From the NCBI GenBank assembly GCA_947624505.1, contig CANQKO010000004.1, positions 4,666-68,665 on the forward strand: DNA of 64,000 bases, read 5' to 3'. The stretch comes from an uncultured Bacilli bacterium (GTDB lineage: Bacteria; Bacillota_I; Bacilli_A; RF39; UBA660). Position 1 is the stretch's first letter. Each line of letters begins with the position of its first letter. Positions 46,869 to 56,549 of this stretch are shown in pieces. The notes under the pieces were generated by a model, which was given only the letters and a program-made list of their open reading frames with translations, had not been told where the DNA came from and did not search any database. A program made the translations under genes and the position numbers.

Positions 46869-47226
46869 ATTAGAAGAAGTTAGTTGTAATTTTGAAATAG
46901 TAGAAATGCCCAATTTGGAAGGAATTACTCTAAATAAAAATAATGCTAAAATTACTATTTATGATAAAGAGATTATTGAAAAAGTAATTGATGAAAATTT
47001 TAATAAAAAATATCGGACTTTACTATATTTAATTATGAGTTTAAATGATAGCGAAGATACCACCGAAACAGATACGGAATTAGCTTTTTTAAAAATTGAT
47101 GATTTAAAAAATCATTTACTTAAATATTATAAATTTATTAGTAAAGATTTATTAGATAAATATTTAAGTATGTTGATGATTTTGGGGGAAAAAATCCCTT
47201 ATGTTGAAAAAAATCGCGGAAGATAA
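46861..47226 (+). CDS. hypothetical protein
   Basis: 121-aa ORF overlapping the trmD end. No family recognised. Confidence 0.5.
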   Translation: MIKLEEVSCNFEIVEMPNLEGITLNKNNAKITIYDKEIIEKVIDENFNKKYRTLLYLIMSLNDSEDTTETDTELAFLKIDDLKNHLLKYYKFISKDLLDKYLSMLMILGEKIPYVEKNRGR

Positions 47227-47301
47227 GTAAAAAAGATTGAATCTCCACCTAAAAATTTATATAATTATATTGGATATAGATTAAAGGTAGGGGATTTTTA
47301 T

Positions 47302-48159
47302 ATGAAAAAAAATAAGTTGGTTGGCACTATTTTAGGCCTTTGGGTTTTTGTTATTGCTCTTTTAGTAGGTAAAGTAGTATATGATGATGTTAAAAAGGTT
47401 AATAATCCTGCCTCAGTTGATAAAAGTATTCCTTTTAATGCTGTTGTAGGTAATATTGATGAAAAAAATGAAAAAGAAGAAGAGGATAAGACAGATAACA
47501 AGACGCAAAATAAAGAGGCATTAAATAATGAAAAAGCTGATAATGAAGAAAGTAAAATAGATAATGAAATAGCTTTAGTAAATCCAAAAGATGTAAATGA
47601 TAATAGGGAAAAAGTATTAGTTAAAGAAATATATGGAACGAAGATTTATGATGAAATAACTTATGCTCTTAAAAATGGTGAAAAAGTTAAAACGAGTTCG
47701 AAGAGAATAGTTGATGCTTCTAATTACAATGCTTCATTAAATGATTTAGTTAATGAGGCTTTAATTTTAATTAATAATAATGAATCTATTTATAAAGAGG
47801 TTTTAGATTATACAAATCTTTATCGTAATGAAGTAAATGTTTCTAAACTTACTATTGACTCAAAGCTAAATATCCTAGCTACAATTAGAGCTTTAGAAAT
47901 GGCTTATAGCAATAATTTTAGTCATACCCGTCTTGATGGAACTAACTGTACTAAGCTTGCGAAAGAGTTAGGCATATCTTTTAAAGTAATGGGTGAAAAT
48001 ATTGCTTATGGTTATAAAAATAGTTTAAGTGTTTCCAAGGGTTGGAAAAATAGTAAAGGACATTACGCTAATATGATAAATGCAAGTTATAATAAGATAG
48101 GAATTGGTTTATTTAACTTTAATGGTAATATTTATTGGGTTCAAATATTTAGTGATTAA
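47302..48159 (+). CDS. CAP/SCP (YkwD-like) domain secreted protein
   Basis: TM/signal anchor, low-complexity linker, C-terminal CAP domain (FSHTR, GENIAYG, GHYANMIN, YWVQIF). Confidence 0.75.
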   Translation: MKKNKLVGTILGLWVFVIALLVGKVVYDDVKKVNNPASVDKSIPFNAVVGNIDEKNEKEEEDKTDNKTQNKEALNNEKADNEESKIDNEIALVNPKDVNDNREKVLVKEIYGTKIYDEITYALKNGEKVKTSSKRIVDASNYNASLNDLVNEALILINNNESIYKEVLDYTNLYRNEVNVSKLTIDSKLNILATIRALEMAYSNNFSHTRLDGTNCTKLAKELGISFKVMGENIAYGYKNSLSVSKGWKNSKGHYANMINASYNKIGIGLFNFNGNIYWVQIFSD

Positions 48160-48534
48160 AATTTTTTTGATAATAATTTTTGGATAGGTGATTTATCCGA
48201 TGTATTAAATAATATTGATGAACATAAAAGCTCGTTACTTAACACGCCTTTATTTAATGCGTTTTTAAATGATTTTCGAAAATTAATTCCGTGCCATTTT
48301 ATTACTGGTAAAGTTTTATTAGCAAATAACTATTTATTAACGCATACCAATGGCGAATATTTAGGTATCAATCTTGATTACTCAAAAGAGCAACGTGAAT
48401 TTAAAAAAGAAATTATTAATAGTCTTGATAATCCTAGAGATAAGGAAAATGTTAGAAGATTATTAAAAGAAAGAAAATACTTATAATAAATTTCTGATTA
48501 TTGATATAATATTAAGTGAGCATTCAAAAATTAG

Positions 48535-48563
48535 TTGAAACCCACAGTAAGTTGTGCTATAAT
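48535..48563 (+). promoter_or_regulatory. rplS promoter (TTGAAA-17-TGcTATAAT) with about 85-nt leader
   Basis: TTGAAA at 48535-48540, 17-nt spacer, extended -10 TGCTATAAT ending at 48563. The leader could correspond to the Firmicute L19 leader, which I did not verify. Confidence 0.55.
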
Positions 48564-48650
48564 GTTTAGTGCCCAAAGGTATGTAATCCGCTTAAATAAT
48601 TTATTTTAATGATTACAGGTAATTTTATTTATAAGAAAGGAGTGTATCTG

Positions 48651-48992
48651 ATGGCTAATTTAGTTGATAAAATAAATGAACGTCAAATACGTAAAGACAT
48701 TCCTGAATTTCGTGTTGGTGACACAGTTCGTGTCGATGTATGGGTAAAAGAAGGGAAAAAAGAAAGAATCCAAGCTTTTGAAGGATTAGTAATTGCTAAA
48801 AAAGGTGGCAGTGTATCTGAAACTTTTTCGGTTCGTAAAACTTCATCAGGTGTTGGTGTAACAAGAATTTTTCCAGTCAATGCTCCCACTATTGATAAAA
48901 TAGTTGTTATCAAAAAAGGAATGGTTAGAAGAGGTAAACTTAACTTTATTAAGAAAATGCGTAAAGGCTATAAGGTTAAAGAAAGAAATTAA
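48651..48992 (+). CDS. rplS: 50S ribosomal protein L19
   Basis: MANLVDKINERQIRKDIPEFRVGDTVRVDVWVKEG...; AAAGGAG RBS before ATG 48651, so the upstream extension to 48609 is unlikely. Confidence 0.95.
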   Translation: MANLVDKINERQIRKDIPEFRVGDTVRVDVWVKEGKKERIQAFEGLVIAKKGGSVSETFSVRKTSSGVGVTRIFPVNAPTIDKIVVIKKGMVRRGKLNFIKKMRKGYKVKERN

Positions 48993-49019
48993 GGTAATTA
49001 ACCTTAATTTCTTTTGTTT
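48982..49019 (+). terminator. 13-bp stem hairpin overlapping the rplS stop codon (terminator/attenuator before lepB)
   Basis: AAAGAAATTAAGG-taattaa-CCTTAATTTCTTT followed by TGTTT. Confidence 0.5.
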
Positions 49020-49034
49020 AAAAAGGAGACTAGG

Positions 49035-49520
49035 ATGAAAATAATTAAAAGTTTAATACCATATTTAGTAATAATAATTGTGGTAATGATTATTAGAACG
49101 TTTATTGTAACTCCGATAATTGTGCAAGGCGGAAGTATGCAACCAACTTTATCTGGTAATGAGTTAATGATCTTAAAAAAATATGACACTAATTATAAAA
49201 GGTTTGATATTGTAGTTGTTAATAAAAGTGTCGAAGGTGATAATTTAATTAAAAGAGTTATCGGCCTACCGGGAGAAACAATTAGATATGATAATGAAAA
49301 ATTATATATCAATGATGAAGTTTTTGAAGATCCATATGCAAGTGGAGTCACTGGTACTTTTCAAAGTATAACTTTAGGTGAAGATGAATACTTTGTGATG
49401 GGTGATAACAGAACTATATCTCTTGATAGTAGGGTACTTGGTCCAATTAAAAAGGCGGAAATTGAGGGAACAGTTAATTTTATTATCTATCCTTTTAAAG
49501 AATTCGGTAACGTAAACTAA
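49035..49520 (+). CDS. lepB: signal peptidase I
   Basis: TM anchor, GGSMQPTL (catalytic Ser), KRVIGLPGE (Lys), GDNRTISLDSR. AAGGAG RBS 6 nt before ATG 49035. Confidence 0.9.
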   Translation: MKIIKSLIPYLVIIIVVMIIRTFIVTPIIVQGGSMQPTLSGNELMILKKYDTNYKRFDIVVVNKSVEGDNLIKRVIGLPGETIRYDNEKLYINDEVFEDPYASGVTGTFQSITLGEDEYFVMGDNRTISLDSRVLGPIKKAEIEGTVNFIIYPFKEFGNVN

Positions 49521-49573
49521 GTATAAAAATGCTTAGTTTTTATATATGATAGCAAGTATGAGGTGTAGTATTA

Positions 49574-50242
49574 ATGGAAATAGCGGATTTAAAAAAAGAA
49601 TATGATAAAATGCAAATTAAGTATGGTGCTAAAGAATTAGATTCAATCTATAATGGTGGCTGTGAAGAAAATCCCGATATATGTTTTGTCTTTATGAATC
49701 CAACCGGTAGAAATATTGCCAGTGATAAATCGTGGAAAGGTAGAAAATCTCCTTGGATAGGAACAAAAAATATTTGGAAATTATTTTATAAAGTTAATTT
49801 ATTAAGCGAAGATACATTTAAACAAATTCAAGAAAAGAAACCTAAAGATTGGGACTATGAATTTAGTGATAAAGTTTATGGAGAAATAGCTAGTAATAAA
49901 ATATTTATTACAAATTTAGGCAAATGTACTCAAATAGATGCAAGACCTTTAACTAATGAAGTATTAAAACAATATTTAATCTTGTTATTTAAAGAAATAG
50001 ATATCATAAACCCTAAAGTAATTATTACCTTTGGTAATCAAGTAAGCTCTATTATTTTAAATAGAAATATTTCTGTATCGGAAAATAGAAAAACTTATTA
50101 TGAAATAAATGTTAATAATAATATTTATAAAGTATATCCAGTATACTATCCTGTTGGTAATGGAATATTTAATATAGATAAAGCAATTGAAGATATCAAT
50201 TGGATAATAGATAACGAAATAAAAAATAAAGTAGCAATGTAA
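49574..50242 (+). CDS. uracil-DNA glycosylase superfamily protein (divergent motifs)
   Basis: CFVFMNPTGRN (motif A-like), ITNLGKCT, and C-terminal YPVYYPVGNG (motif B position). Family assignment is from memory. Confidence 0.5.
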   Translation: MEIADLKKEYDKMQIKYGAKELDSIYNGGCEENPDICFVFMNPTGRNIASDKSWKGRKSPWIGTKNIWKLFYKVNLLSEDTFKQIQEKKPKDWDYEFSDKVYGEIASNKIFITNLGKCTQIDARPLTNEVLKQYLILLFKEIDIINPKVIITFGNQVSSIILNRNISVSENRKTYYEINVNNNIYKVYPVYYPVGNGIFNIDKAIEDINWIIDNEIKNKVAM

Positions 50243-50257
50243 AGGTATTTTGGAGTT

Positions 50258-50677
50258 ATGAAGAAAAATAGCAACGTTTTGATTTTAAATAATAATAATT
50301 TAGAAATAGGTAAAATTGTCTTAGATAAAGCTGATTTAAAAATTTTTGATAAGTCTTTTAAATATTGTCTTCGGGTTGTTTTATTTTATAATTGGCAAGA
50401 TATTCTTGATATTAAAATAGGAGAAAAGAAACAAATTGATTTTAACGAATATATTTTATCAGAAAATGATGAACCAGCCTTAATTATACCATCTGAAAGT
50501 TATGTAGAAAAAATAAATGATAAAGAATTATGTTTTTATTTTAATTTTAAAAAGAAAGCCCAAAATATATGTTATATGAATGAGAGAAATAGGTTTGATA
50601 TTATGCTAAAATCTCTTGAAGCTAGGGTATTTATAGATTTTAAAGATGCTAAAGATGGTATTATTATATATGATTAG
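50258..50677 (+). CDS. hypothetical protein
   Basis: 139-aa ORF. No family recognised. Confidence 0.45.
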   Translation: MKKNSNVLILNNNNLEIGKIVLDKADLKIFDKSFKYCLRVVLFYNWQDILDIKIGEKKQIDFNEYILSENDEPALIIPSESYVEKINDKELCFYFNFKKKAQNICYMNERNRFDIMLKSLEARVFIDFKDAKDGIIIYD

Positions 50678-51012
50678 ATTAGGGGATAGAATATATAAAA
50701 TAATCTAAAATGTTTTTAAAAATATGAGAATCATTTCTCGTATTTTTTTGTGTAAGATTTTTATCTTTTAACAGCAAAAAGCATTTACAAACATATGTTT
50801 TAATGATAAAATGTATTTAAATTACAAGAAATGGGGGGTAAATTAAAAAAAGAATTTATAAAAGTAAAAAAGAAACAAGTGAAATGGGCTATAATATTAA
50901 TTAAAAATTTAGTATAATGATAGATAAGAACATCTATAAAGTTCTAAAATTAATATTTAAAGAAAGGCATTAATTAGTAAAAGATAGATAAAAGAATTAA
51001 TGAAAAATAGAA

Positions 51013-51420
51013 ATGAATGTTAAAAAAATGAAAGTAATAACAATTAAACAACCATGGGCAACGTTAATAGCTAAAGGCTATAAAGAATATGAATTTAGAA
51101 CTTGGAAAACTAAATATCGGGGAGATATATTAATTCACGCTGGTAAAGGGATTGATAAAGAAGCTATGAAGCGTTTTAAACATTTAAATTTAGAATATCC
51201 CGCTGGTAAAATAATTGCTCGGGCAACTATTACAGACTGTATATATGTTGATAAAAGTTTTGTCGAAAAGTTGGTTAAAAAAGATCCCCTTGTATATAAA
51301 AATTTAATAAATGAAAAAAATTGGGAGGGATATGGTTTTAAATTAGAAAATGTTCTGGAAATAAAACCCATTCAAGTAAAGGGTAAATTAAGTCTATGGG
51401 ACTATGAATATAAAAGCTAG
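51013..51420 (+). CDS. ASCH domain protein
   Basis: ITIKQPWATLIAKGYKEYEFRTWKTKYRGDILIHAG is the PUA-like ASCH pattern. Confidence 0.7.
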   Translation: MNVKKMKVITIKQPWATLIAKGYKEYEFRTWKTKYRGDILIHAGKGIDKEAMKRFKHLNLEYPAGKIIARATITDCIYVDKSFVEKLVKKDPLVYKNLINEKNWEGYGFKLENVLEIKPIQVKGKLSLWDYEYKS

Positions 51421-51442
51421 GTTAAAATTTACGGAGGCAAAT

Positions 51443-51790
51443 ATGAAATATAATATGAATTTAAATAATGATGTTTTTAATTTAATAAAGGCTGGAACTA
51501 AGACAATAGAAATGAGATTAAATGATGAAAAAAGACAATTATTAAAAGAAAATGATTTGATTGAATTTACTAATAGAACTACTTTAGAGGTAATCTTGAC
51601 AAAGGTAGTAAAATTATATAAATTTCCAAGTTTTGCTGAATTATATAAAAATTTTGATAAGGTATCACTAGGTTATGATAAAAATGATGTTGCAAATCCT
51701 GAAGATATGGGGAAATACTATTCAAAAGAAGAGCAAGATAAATATGGGGTTATAGGAATAGAAATAAGAGTAATTGATTCACAAAAATAA
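51443..51790 (+). CDS. ASCH domain protein (second copy, different subfamily)
   Basis: FNLIKAGTKTIEMRLNDEKRQ...GDLIEF-type ASCH N-terminus. GGAGG RBS before ATG 51443. Confidence 0.65.
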   Translation: MKYNMNLNNDVFNLIKAGTKTIEMRLNDEKRQLLKENDLIEFTNRTTLEVILTKVVKLYKFPSFAELYKNFDKVSLGYDKNDVANPEDMGKYYSKEEQDKYGVIGIEIRVIDSQK

Positions 51791-51829
51791 ATGTTATAAT
51801 TGATAAAAATTTAGATTGGAGATAATAAA

Positions 51830-52564
51830 ATGAATAAAATAGAAGAACAAAATAATTTATTAATATATAAAAATAAAGATGGTAATGTAGTTGTTGATGC
51901 TATTTATAAAGATGAAACTTTGTGGCTTACACAAAAGGGAATGGCTAAAGTTTTTGATTGTTCTACTGATAATATCTCGTTACATTTAAAAAATATTTTT
52001 AAAGTTAATGAACTTGATGAAAAATCAGTTGTTGAGTTTTCCTCGGTAACTGCTTCTGATGGAAAAAACTATAAAACTAAAATTTATAATTTAGATGCTA
52101 TAATTGCCGTTGGTTATCGTGTTAATTCTAAAAAAGCAACTGAATTTAGAATATGGGCCACTAAATTATTAGAAAGGATTAAAACAATTAGAGTAAGTGA
52201 AAGAATGGCTTATCAAAAAATTACTGATTTATTTATTGCTACTTCTGCTGATTATAATCCTTTAAATGAAGAAGCTTACACTTTTTTAAAATTGTTCAAA
52301 ATAAACTACATTATGCGATAAGTGGTTCATACTGCGGCTGAACTAATATATTTAAGAGCCAATGCCAATAAAGAAAATATGGGTCTTACTAATTGGAAAA
52401 ATAGCCCTGATGGGTTAATTTATAAGTATGATGTTTCAATAGCCGAAAACTATTTAAAGAAGAAGAATTAAATAAATTAAATCGTCTCACAGTAGTGTTT
52501 TTAGATTATGCTGGAAGATATGGCTTATGAACACAAAATAATGACTATGAAAGATTTAATATAA
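51830..52564 (+). pseudogene. RhuM family virulence/antirepressor-like gene, disrupted
   Basis: N-terminal 163 codons match RhuM (GNVVVDAIYKDETLWLTQKGMAKVFD...AVGYRVNSKKATEFRIWATKLL). The remainder (AAELIYLRANANKENMGLTNWKNSPDG...LDYAEDMAYEHKIMTMKDL) continues in other frames after stops at 52319 and about 52470. Confidence 0.7.
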
Positions 52565-52582
52565 AAATAAGGGAGCAAAATT

Positions 52583-53173
52583 ATGGAAAAAATATTTTTA
52601 GAAATTCCTACAATAAATAGAAAACAGGAAGCACTAGACTATTTAAAAGAAAATATTGAATATAATTCAGATTTAAATGGTACAGGTAATATGGATATGT
52701 GCCTTTATGGAGTAACTTATGAAGAATGGTTGTTAGAACTTAAAAAAAGAGAAGATATAGAATATTTAAAGCAAATAAATCGCTGCCAATCAAAAACGTT
52801 TTTTGTAGTAAGAGATAGTGATGATAAAATAGTTGGTATGATAAATGTAAGATATAATATTTCAGAAGATAAATTAAAAACTTGGGCATCACATATTGGC
52901 TATGGCATAAGACCTACTGAAAGACGAAAAGGATACGCTAAAATAGCTCTATATTTGGGATTGTTAGAAGAAAGAAAGTTAGGAGAAGAAAAAGTATTAT
53001 TAAATTGCGCTGTTGATAATGTTGGCTCAAATAAAACAATCTTATCTTTAGGTGGAAAATTAGAAAAAACAATATTTGATGAATATGATAAAACGATGAC
53101 AAATTATTATTGGATAAATGTTAATGATTCGATTGAAAAAAATTATGACAATTATAAAAATTATATAAAGTAG
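52583..53173 (+). CDS. GNAT family N-acetyltransferase
   Basis: IGYGIRPTERRKGYAKIAL acetyl-CoA binding segment. Length and layout resemble COG3981-type acetyltransferases. Confidence 0.7.
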   Translation: MEKIFLEIPTINRKQEALDYLKENIEYNSDLNGTGNMDMCLYGVTYEEWLLELKKREDIEYLKQINRCQSKTFFVVRDSDDKIVGMINVRYNISEDKLKTWASHIGYGIRPTERRKGYAKIALYLGLLEERKLGEEKVLLNCAVDNVGSNKTILSLGGKLEKTIFDEYDKTMTNYYWINVNDSIEKNYDNYKNYIK

Positions 53174-53268
53174 CCTTTAAAATAAAAAAGTTATATATGA
53201 TAAGTGGATAATAGAGAAAAGTAAGAATATTGGTGATAGAGATAAATAAATGAAAGGAAGTGACTTTT

Positions 53269-54132
53269 ATGCTGAATAAAAAAACAAATAAAATAGTAAA
53301 TAAAGGTGCAAGTAACCAATATACTGATAATGTTTTTGAAGGTATAAAACATTTAGATGAATATGGGAAAGAATATTGGTATGCCAGGGAACTTTCAAAG
53401 GCATTAGAATATAGTGATTGGCGCAACTTTTTAAAAGTTTTAAATAAAGCAAAAGTGGCTTGTAAAAACTCAGGATTGAATGTAGATGAACAACTCGTTG
53501 AAGTCAACAAGTTGTCAAAGAGAAACAATAATGCTAATGTTAACATACAAGATTATAAACTATCGAGATATATATGTTATCTTATAGTACAAAATGCTGA
53601 TCCAAGTAAAGAAGTTGTTGCTTTAGGGCAAACTTACTTTGCTATTCAAACAAGAAAACAGGAAATTACAGAACAAGTATATGATTCACTATCAGATGAT
53701 GAGAAAAGATTTTATCAAAGAAAGTTAACTAGAGAAGGTAATTATACACTTCAAAAAGTTGCTTCATCTGCTGGTGTTAAAAATATGGCAGAATTTCATA
53801 ATGCAGGTTATAGAGGGTTGTATAATGGCGAAACAGCTGATGATATTTTTAAAAGAAAGAAATTACGCTATAGAGAAGATATATTAGACAATATGAGCGA
53901 AGATGAATTAGTGGCTAATCTGTTGAGAATAAATCAAACAATAATGTAAAAGGTGAGAATAATGCCAGGAATGTTCATTATGAAGTTGGTAAAAAGGTAC
54001 GAAAAGCTATTCAAGATATTGGTGGAATGATGGCGGATATATGCCAACACCTAAGAAAAGTTTAAAAGAACTTGAAAGAGAAAAGAAACAACTCGAAAAT
54101 GTAAAACCAGAAAAACTTATGGAAACATTTTA
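53269..54132 (+). pseudogene. dinD: DNA damage-inducible protein D (DinD/BRO-N-like), C-terminus frameshifted
   Basis: FEGIKHLDEYGKEYWYARELSKALEYSDWRNF...GQTYFAIQTRKQE matches DinD. After the stop at 53947-53949 the expected tail (HYEVGKKVRKAIQDIGG, then PTPKKSLKELEREKKQLE) continues in two other frames. Confidence 0.65.
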
Positions 54133-54234
54133 ACAAGACCTTATAAATAAAGGAAATTGTCAAAAAAGTTTTTACATTTTTGAGAAAAAAAGTTTTATTT
54201 GAAATACGTTTGATTAAAATTAGGAGGTGAATAT

Positions 54235-55092
54235 ATGTCTAATAAAATATTAGAAGTTCAAAACATAAAAGTTAATGTTACAAAGCTAAACGATAATGAT
54301 TATATTTGTATTTCTGATTTTGGTAAATATAAAGAAGGAAATTCAAAATCTGATGATATAATACGCAATTGGTTAAGAAATCGGATAACTTTAGAGTTTT
54401 TAGGCACTTGGGAATCAATTTATAATCCAGATTTTAATTCCGTCGAATTCGACGGATTTAGAAAAAATGCTGGCCTTCATACCTTTACACTTAGTGTAAC
54501 TGAATGGTGTGAAAAAACTAATGCTATTGGTATTTATTCTAAACGAGGAAAATATGGTGGAACTTATGCCTATAAAGATATTGCCTTTGAATTTGCATCT
54601 GCTATAAGTCCAGTATTTAAATTATATTTAATAAAAGAATTTGAAAGGTTAAAAGAAATAGAAAATCAAAATAGAGAATGGGATGTAAAAAGAATACTTA
54701 CAAAGAATAATTATTTAATTCATACGGATGCTATAAAAAGATATATATTACCAGATAATGATTATTTTAAAAATAGAGAATGGCTAAAATATGCTGAAGA
54801 AGCTGATATTTTAAATGTTGTATTATTTCATACGACAGCAAAAACATGGAGAGAACTTAATCCTAATTTAGCAAAAAACTCTAATATTAGAGACTATGCT
54901 TCCATTAATGAATTAACAGTATTATCAAATCTTGAGTCACATAATGCAGAATTAATTAAAGAAGGGAAAAGCAAAGAAGAGAGATTTGATATATTAAGTG
55001 TTATTGCGAAATATCAATTAGGTATACTTAATAATGCTGAAGAAATCAAATTATTAAAAGAAACTAAAGAGAGTAGTGATAAGAATGAATGA
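54235..55092 (+). CDS. KilA-N domain-containing protein
   Basis: N-terminal KilA-N pattern (YICISDF...IRNWLRNRITLEFLGTWE...GGTYAYKDIAFEFASAISP). Intact ORF overlapping the rbgA start. Confidence 0.7.
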   Translation: MSNKILEVQNIKVNVTKLNDNDYICISDFGKYKEGNSKSDDIIRNWLRNRITLEFLGTWESIYNPDFNSVEFDGFRKNAGLHTFTLSVTEWCEKTNAIGIYSKRGKYGGTYAYKDIAFEFASAISPVFKLYLIKEFERLKEIENQNREWDVKRILTKNNYLIHTDAIKRYILPDNDYFKNREWLKYAEEADILNVVLFHTTAKTWRELNPNLAKNSNIRDYASINELTVLSNLESHNAELIKEGKSKEERFDILSVIAKYQLGILNNAEEIKLLKETKESSDKNE

Positions 55093-55954
55093 AAATAAAA
55101 CAAACATCAACTGGTATCCTGGCCATATGGCTAAAACAAAAAGATTAATAAAAGAAGAAATTAAAAATATCGATATTGTTTATGAAATAATTGATGCTCG
55201 GATACCATATTCAAGTAAGATAAAAAATATCGATGAAGTTATTCAAAATAAAATAAAAATTTTAATTATGACTAAAAAAGACTTATGTAATTTAGAAATG
55301 ACTAATAAGTGGGTAAAATATTATGAAGGACTAGGTTATAATGTTATTCTTTTAGATTTAAAAAATAGTAAAGACTATGAAAAAGTAATTGAATTAACCC
55401 ATACCTTAACTAAAGATATGCAAAACAAAAGACAAGAAAAAGGCTTAAATGAAAAAGAAATAAGAGCTTTAGTTATTGGTATTCCTAATGTTGGGAAAAG
55501 TACTCTTATTAATAGGCTAACTGGTAAAAATGTTTGTAATGTAGAAAATAAACCAGGAGTAACTAAAAAATTAACTTATCTTAAAACATCTAAAAATATT
55601 GTTATATTAGATACGCCAGGGATTCTTTGGCCTAAACTTGATGATCGAATAGTTGCCCTAAATATTGCATCTTTTGGGGGCATTAAAAAAGAAATATTAA
55701 ATATGTTTGATATAGCTAATCATATTTTAAATACTCTATATGATAATTATCCTAACGTTTTAAAAGAAAAATATGGAATTACTAATAATGATCTAATGGA
55801 TATGTATGAAGTAATTGCCAAAAGGATAGGAGCTTTTAAAAATAACGAAGTTGACTATGACAAAGTTAGTGAAAAGGTGTATAATGACATTGTTGGGGGT
55901 ATTATTAAAGGAGTAACATTTGATATTTATGAAAGTAGATTTACTAAAATATGA
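55085..55954 (+). CDS. rbgA: ribosome biogenesis GTPase A (YlqF/RbgA)
   Basis: INWYPGHMAKTKR and the circularly permuted GTPase order (DARIP..., TKKDL, then GIPNVGKSTLINRL, DTPGIL). Confidence 0.92.
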   Translation: MNENKTNINWYPGHMAKTKRLIKEEIKNIDIVYEIIDARIPYSSKIKNIDEVIQNKIKILIMTKKDLCNLEMTNKWVKYYEGLGYNVILLDLKNSKDYEKVIELTHTLTKDMQNKRQEKGLNEKEIRALVIGIPNVGKSTLINRLTGKNVCNVENKPGVTKKLTYLKTSKNIVILDTPGILWPKLDDRIVALNIASFGGIKKEILNMFDIANHILNTLYDNYPNVLKEKYGITNNDLMDMYEVIAKRIGAFKNNEVDYDKVSEKVYNDIVGGIIKGVTFDIYESRFTKI

Positions 55955-56546
55955 AACAGATTTATATAATAAAGGGTATCATTTAATAGCAGGTACAGAT
56001 GAAGCGGGAAGAGGTCCTTTAGTTGGCCCCGTTGTTGCCGGAGCCGTTATTTTGCCACCTAATTATTATTTGGAAGGTCTTACGGATTCCAAACAACTTA
56101 GTGAGAAAAAAAGAGAAGCTTATTATGACATCATTATGAAAGATGCCATAAGTGTTGGGGTAGGAATTGTTGGACCCGAAGAAATTGATAAAATAAATAT
56201 TTTAGAAGCATCGAGAAAAGCTATGAATATTGCTTTAGATAATTTGAATGTAAGTCCTGATTATATTCTAACTGATGCAATGAAACTTTCAAGAGATGTT
56301 CCCGTGTTCCCGATAATTCACGGGGATGCTCTAAGCCTTAGTATAGCCGCCGCTTCTGTTATTGCCAAAGTCACAAGAGATCGTTTAATGATTGAATTTG
56401 GTCGTCTTCATCCTGAGTATGAATTTGAACATCATAAAGGCTATCCAACAAAAAAACATATTGAACTTATTAAAAAATATGGTATACTTAATGAGTATCG
56501 CAAAACATTTAAACCCATTAAAGATATGTTAGAGGAGATTAAGTAA
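55920..56546 (+). CDS. rnhB: ribonuclease HII
   Basis: GTDEAGRGPLVGPVV, DSKQLS, HKGY motifs. TTG 55920 is 6 nt after AAGGAG; ATG 55929 is the alternative start. Confidence 0.92.
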   Translation: MIFMKVDLLKYETDLYNKGYHLIAGTDEAGRGPLVGPVVAGAVILPPNYYLEGLTDSKQLSEKKREAYYDIIMKDAISVGVGIVGPEEIDKINILEASRKAMNIALDNLNVSPDYILTDAMKLSRDVPVFPIIHGDALSLSIAAASVIAKVTRDRLMIEFGRLHPEYEFEHHKGYPTKKHIELIKKYGILNEYRKTFKPIKDMLEEIK

Positions 56547-56549
56547 AAA

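Noticed and set aside
53121-53546. Minus-strand ORFs (53121..53546 and 53267..53452) opposite the GNAT end and the DinD start.
   Set aside because: The plus-strand DinD homology is clear across this region. The minus ORFs have no recognisable family or RBS.
49574-55092. Possibility that this islet is an intact prophage or integrative element.
   Set aside because: I saw no integrase/recombinase, no structural, replication or lysis genes, and no flanking direct repeats. Only antirepressor-like remnants are present, so I treat it as a decayed accessory patch.
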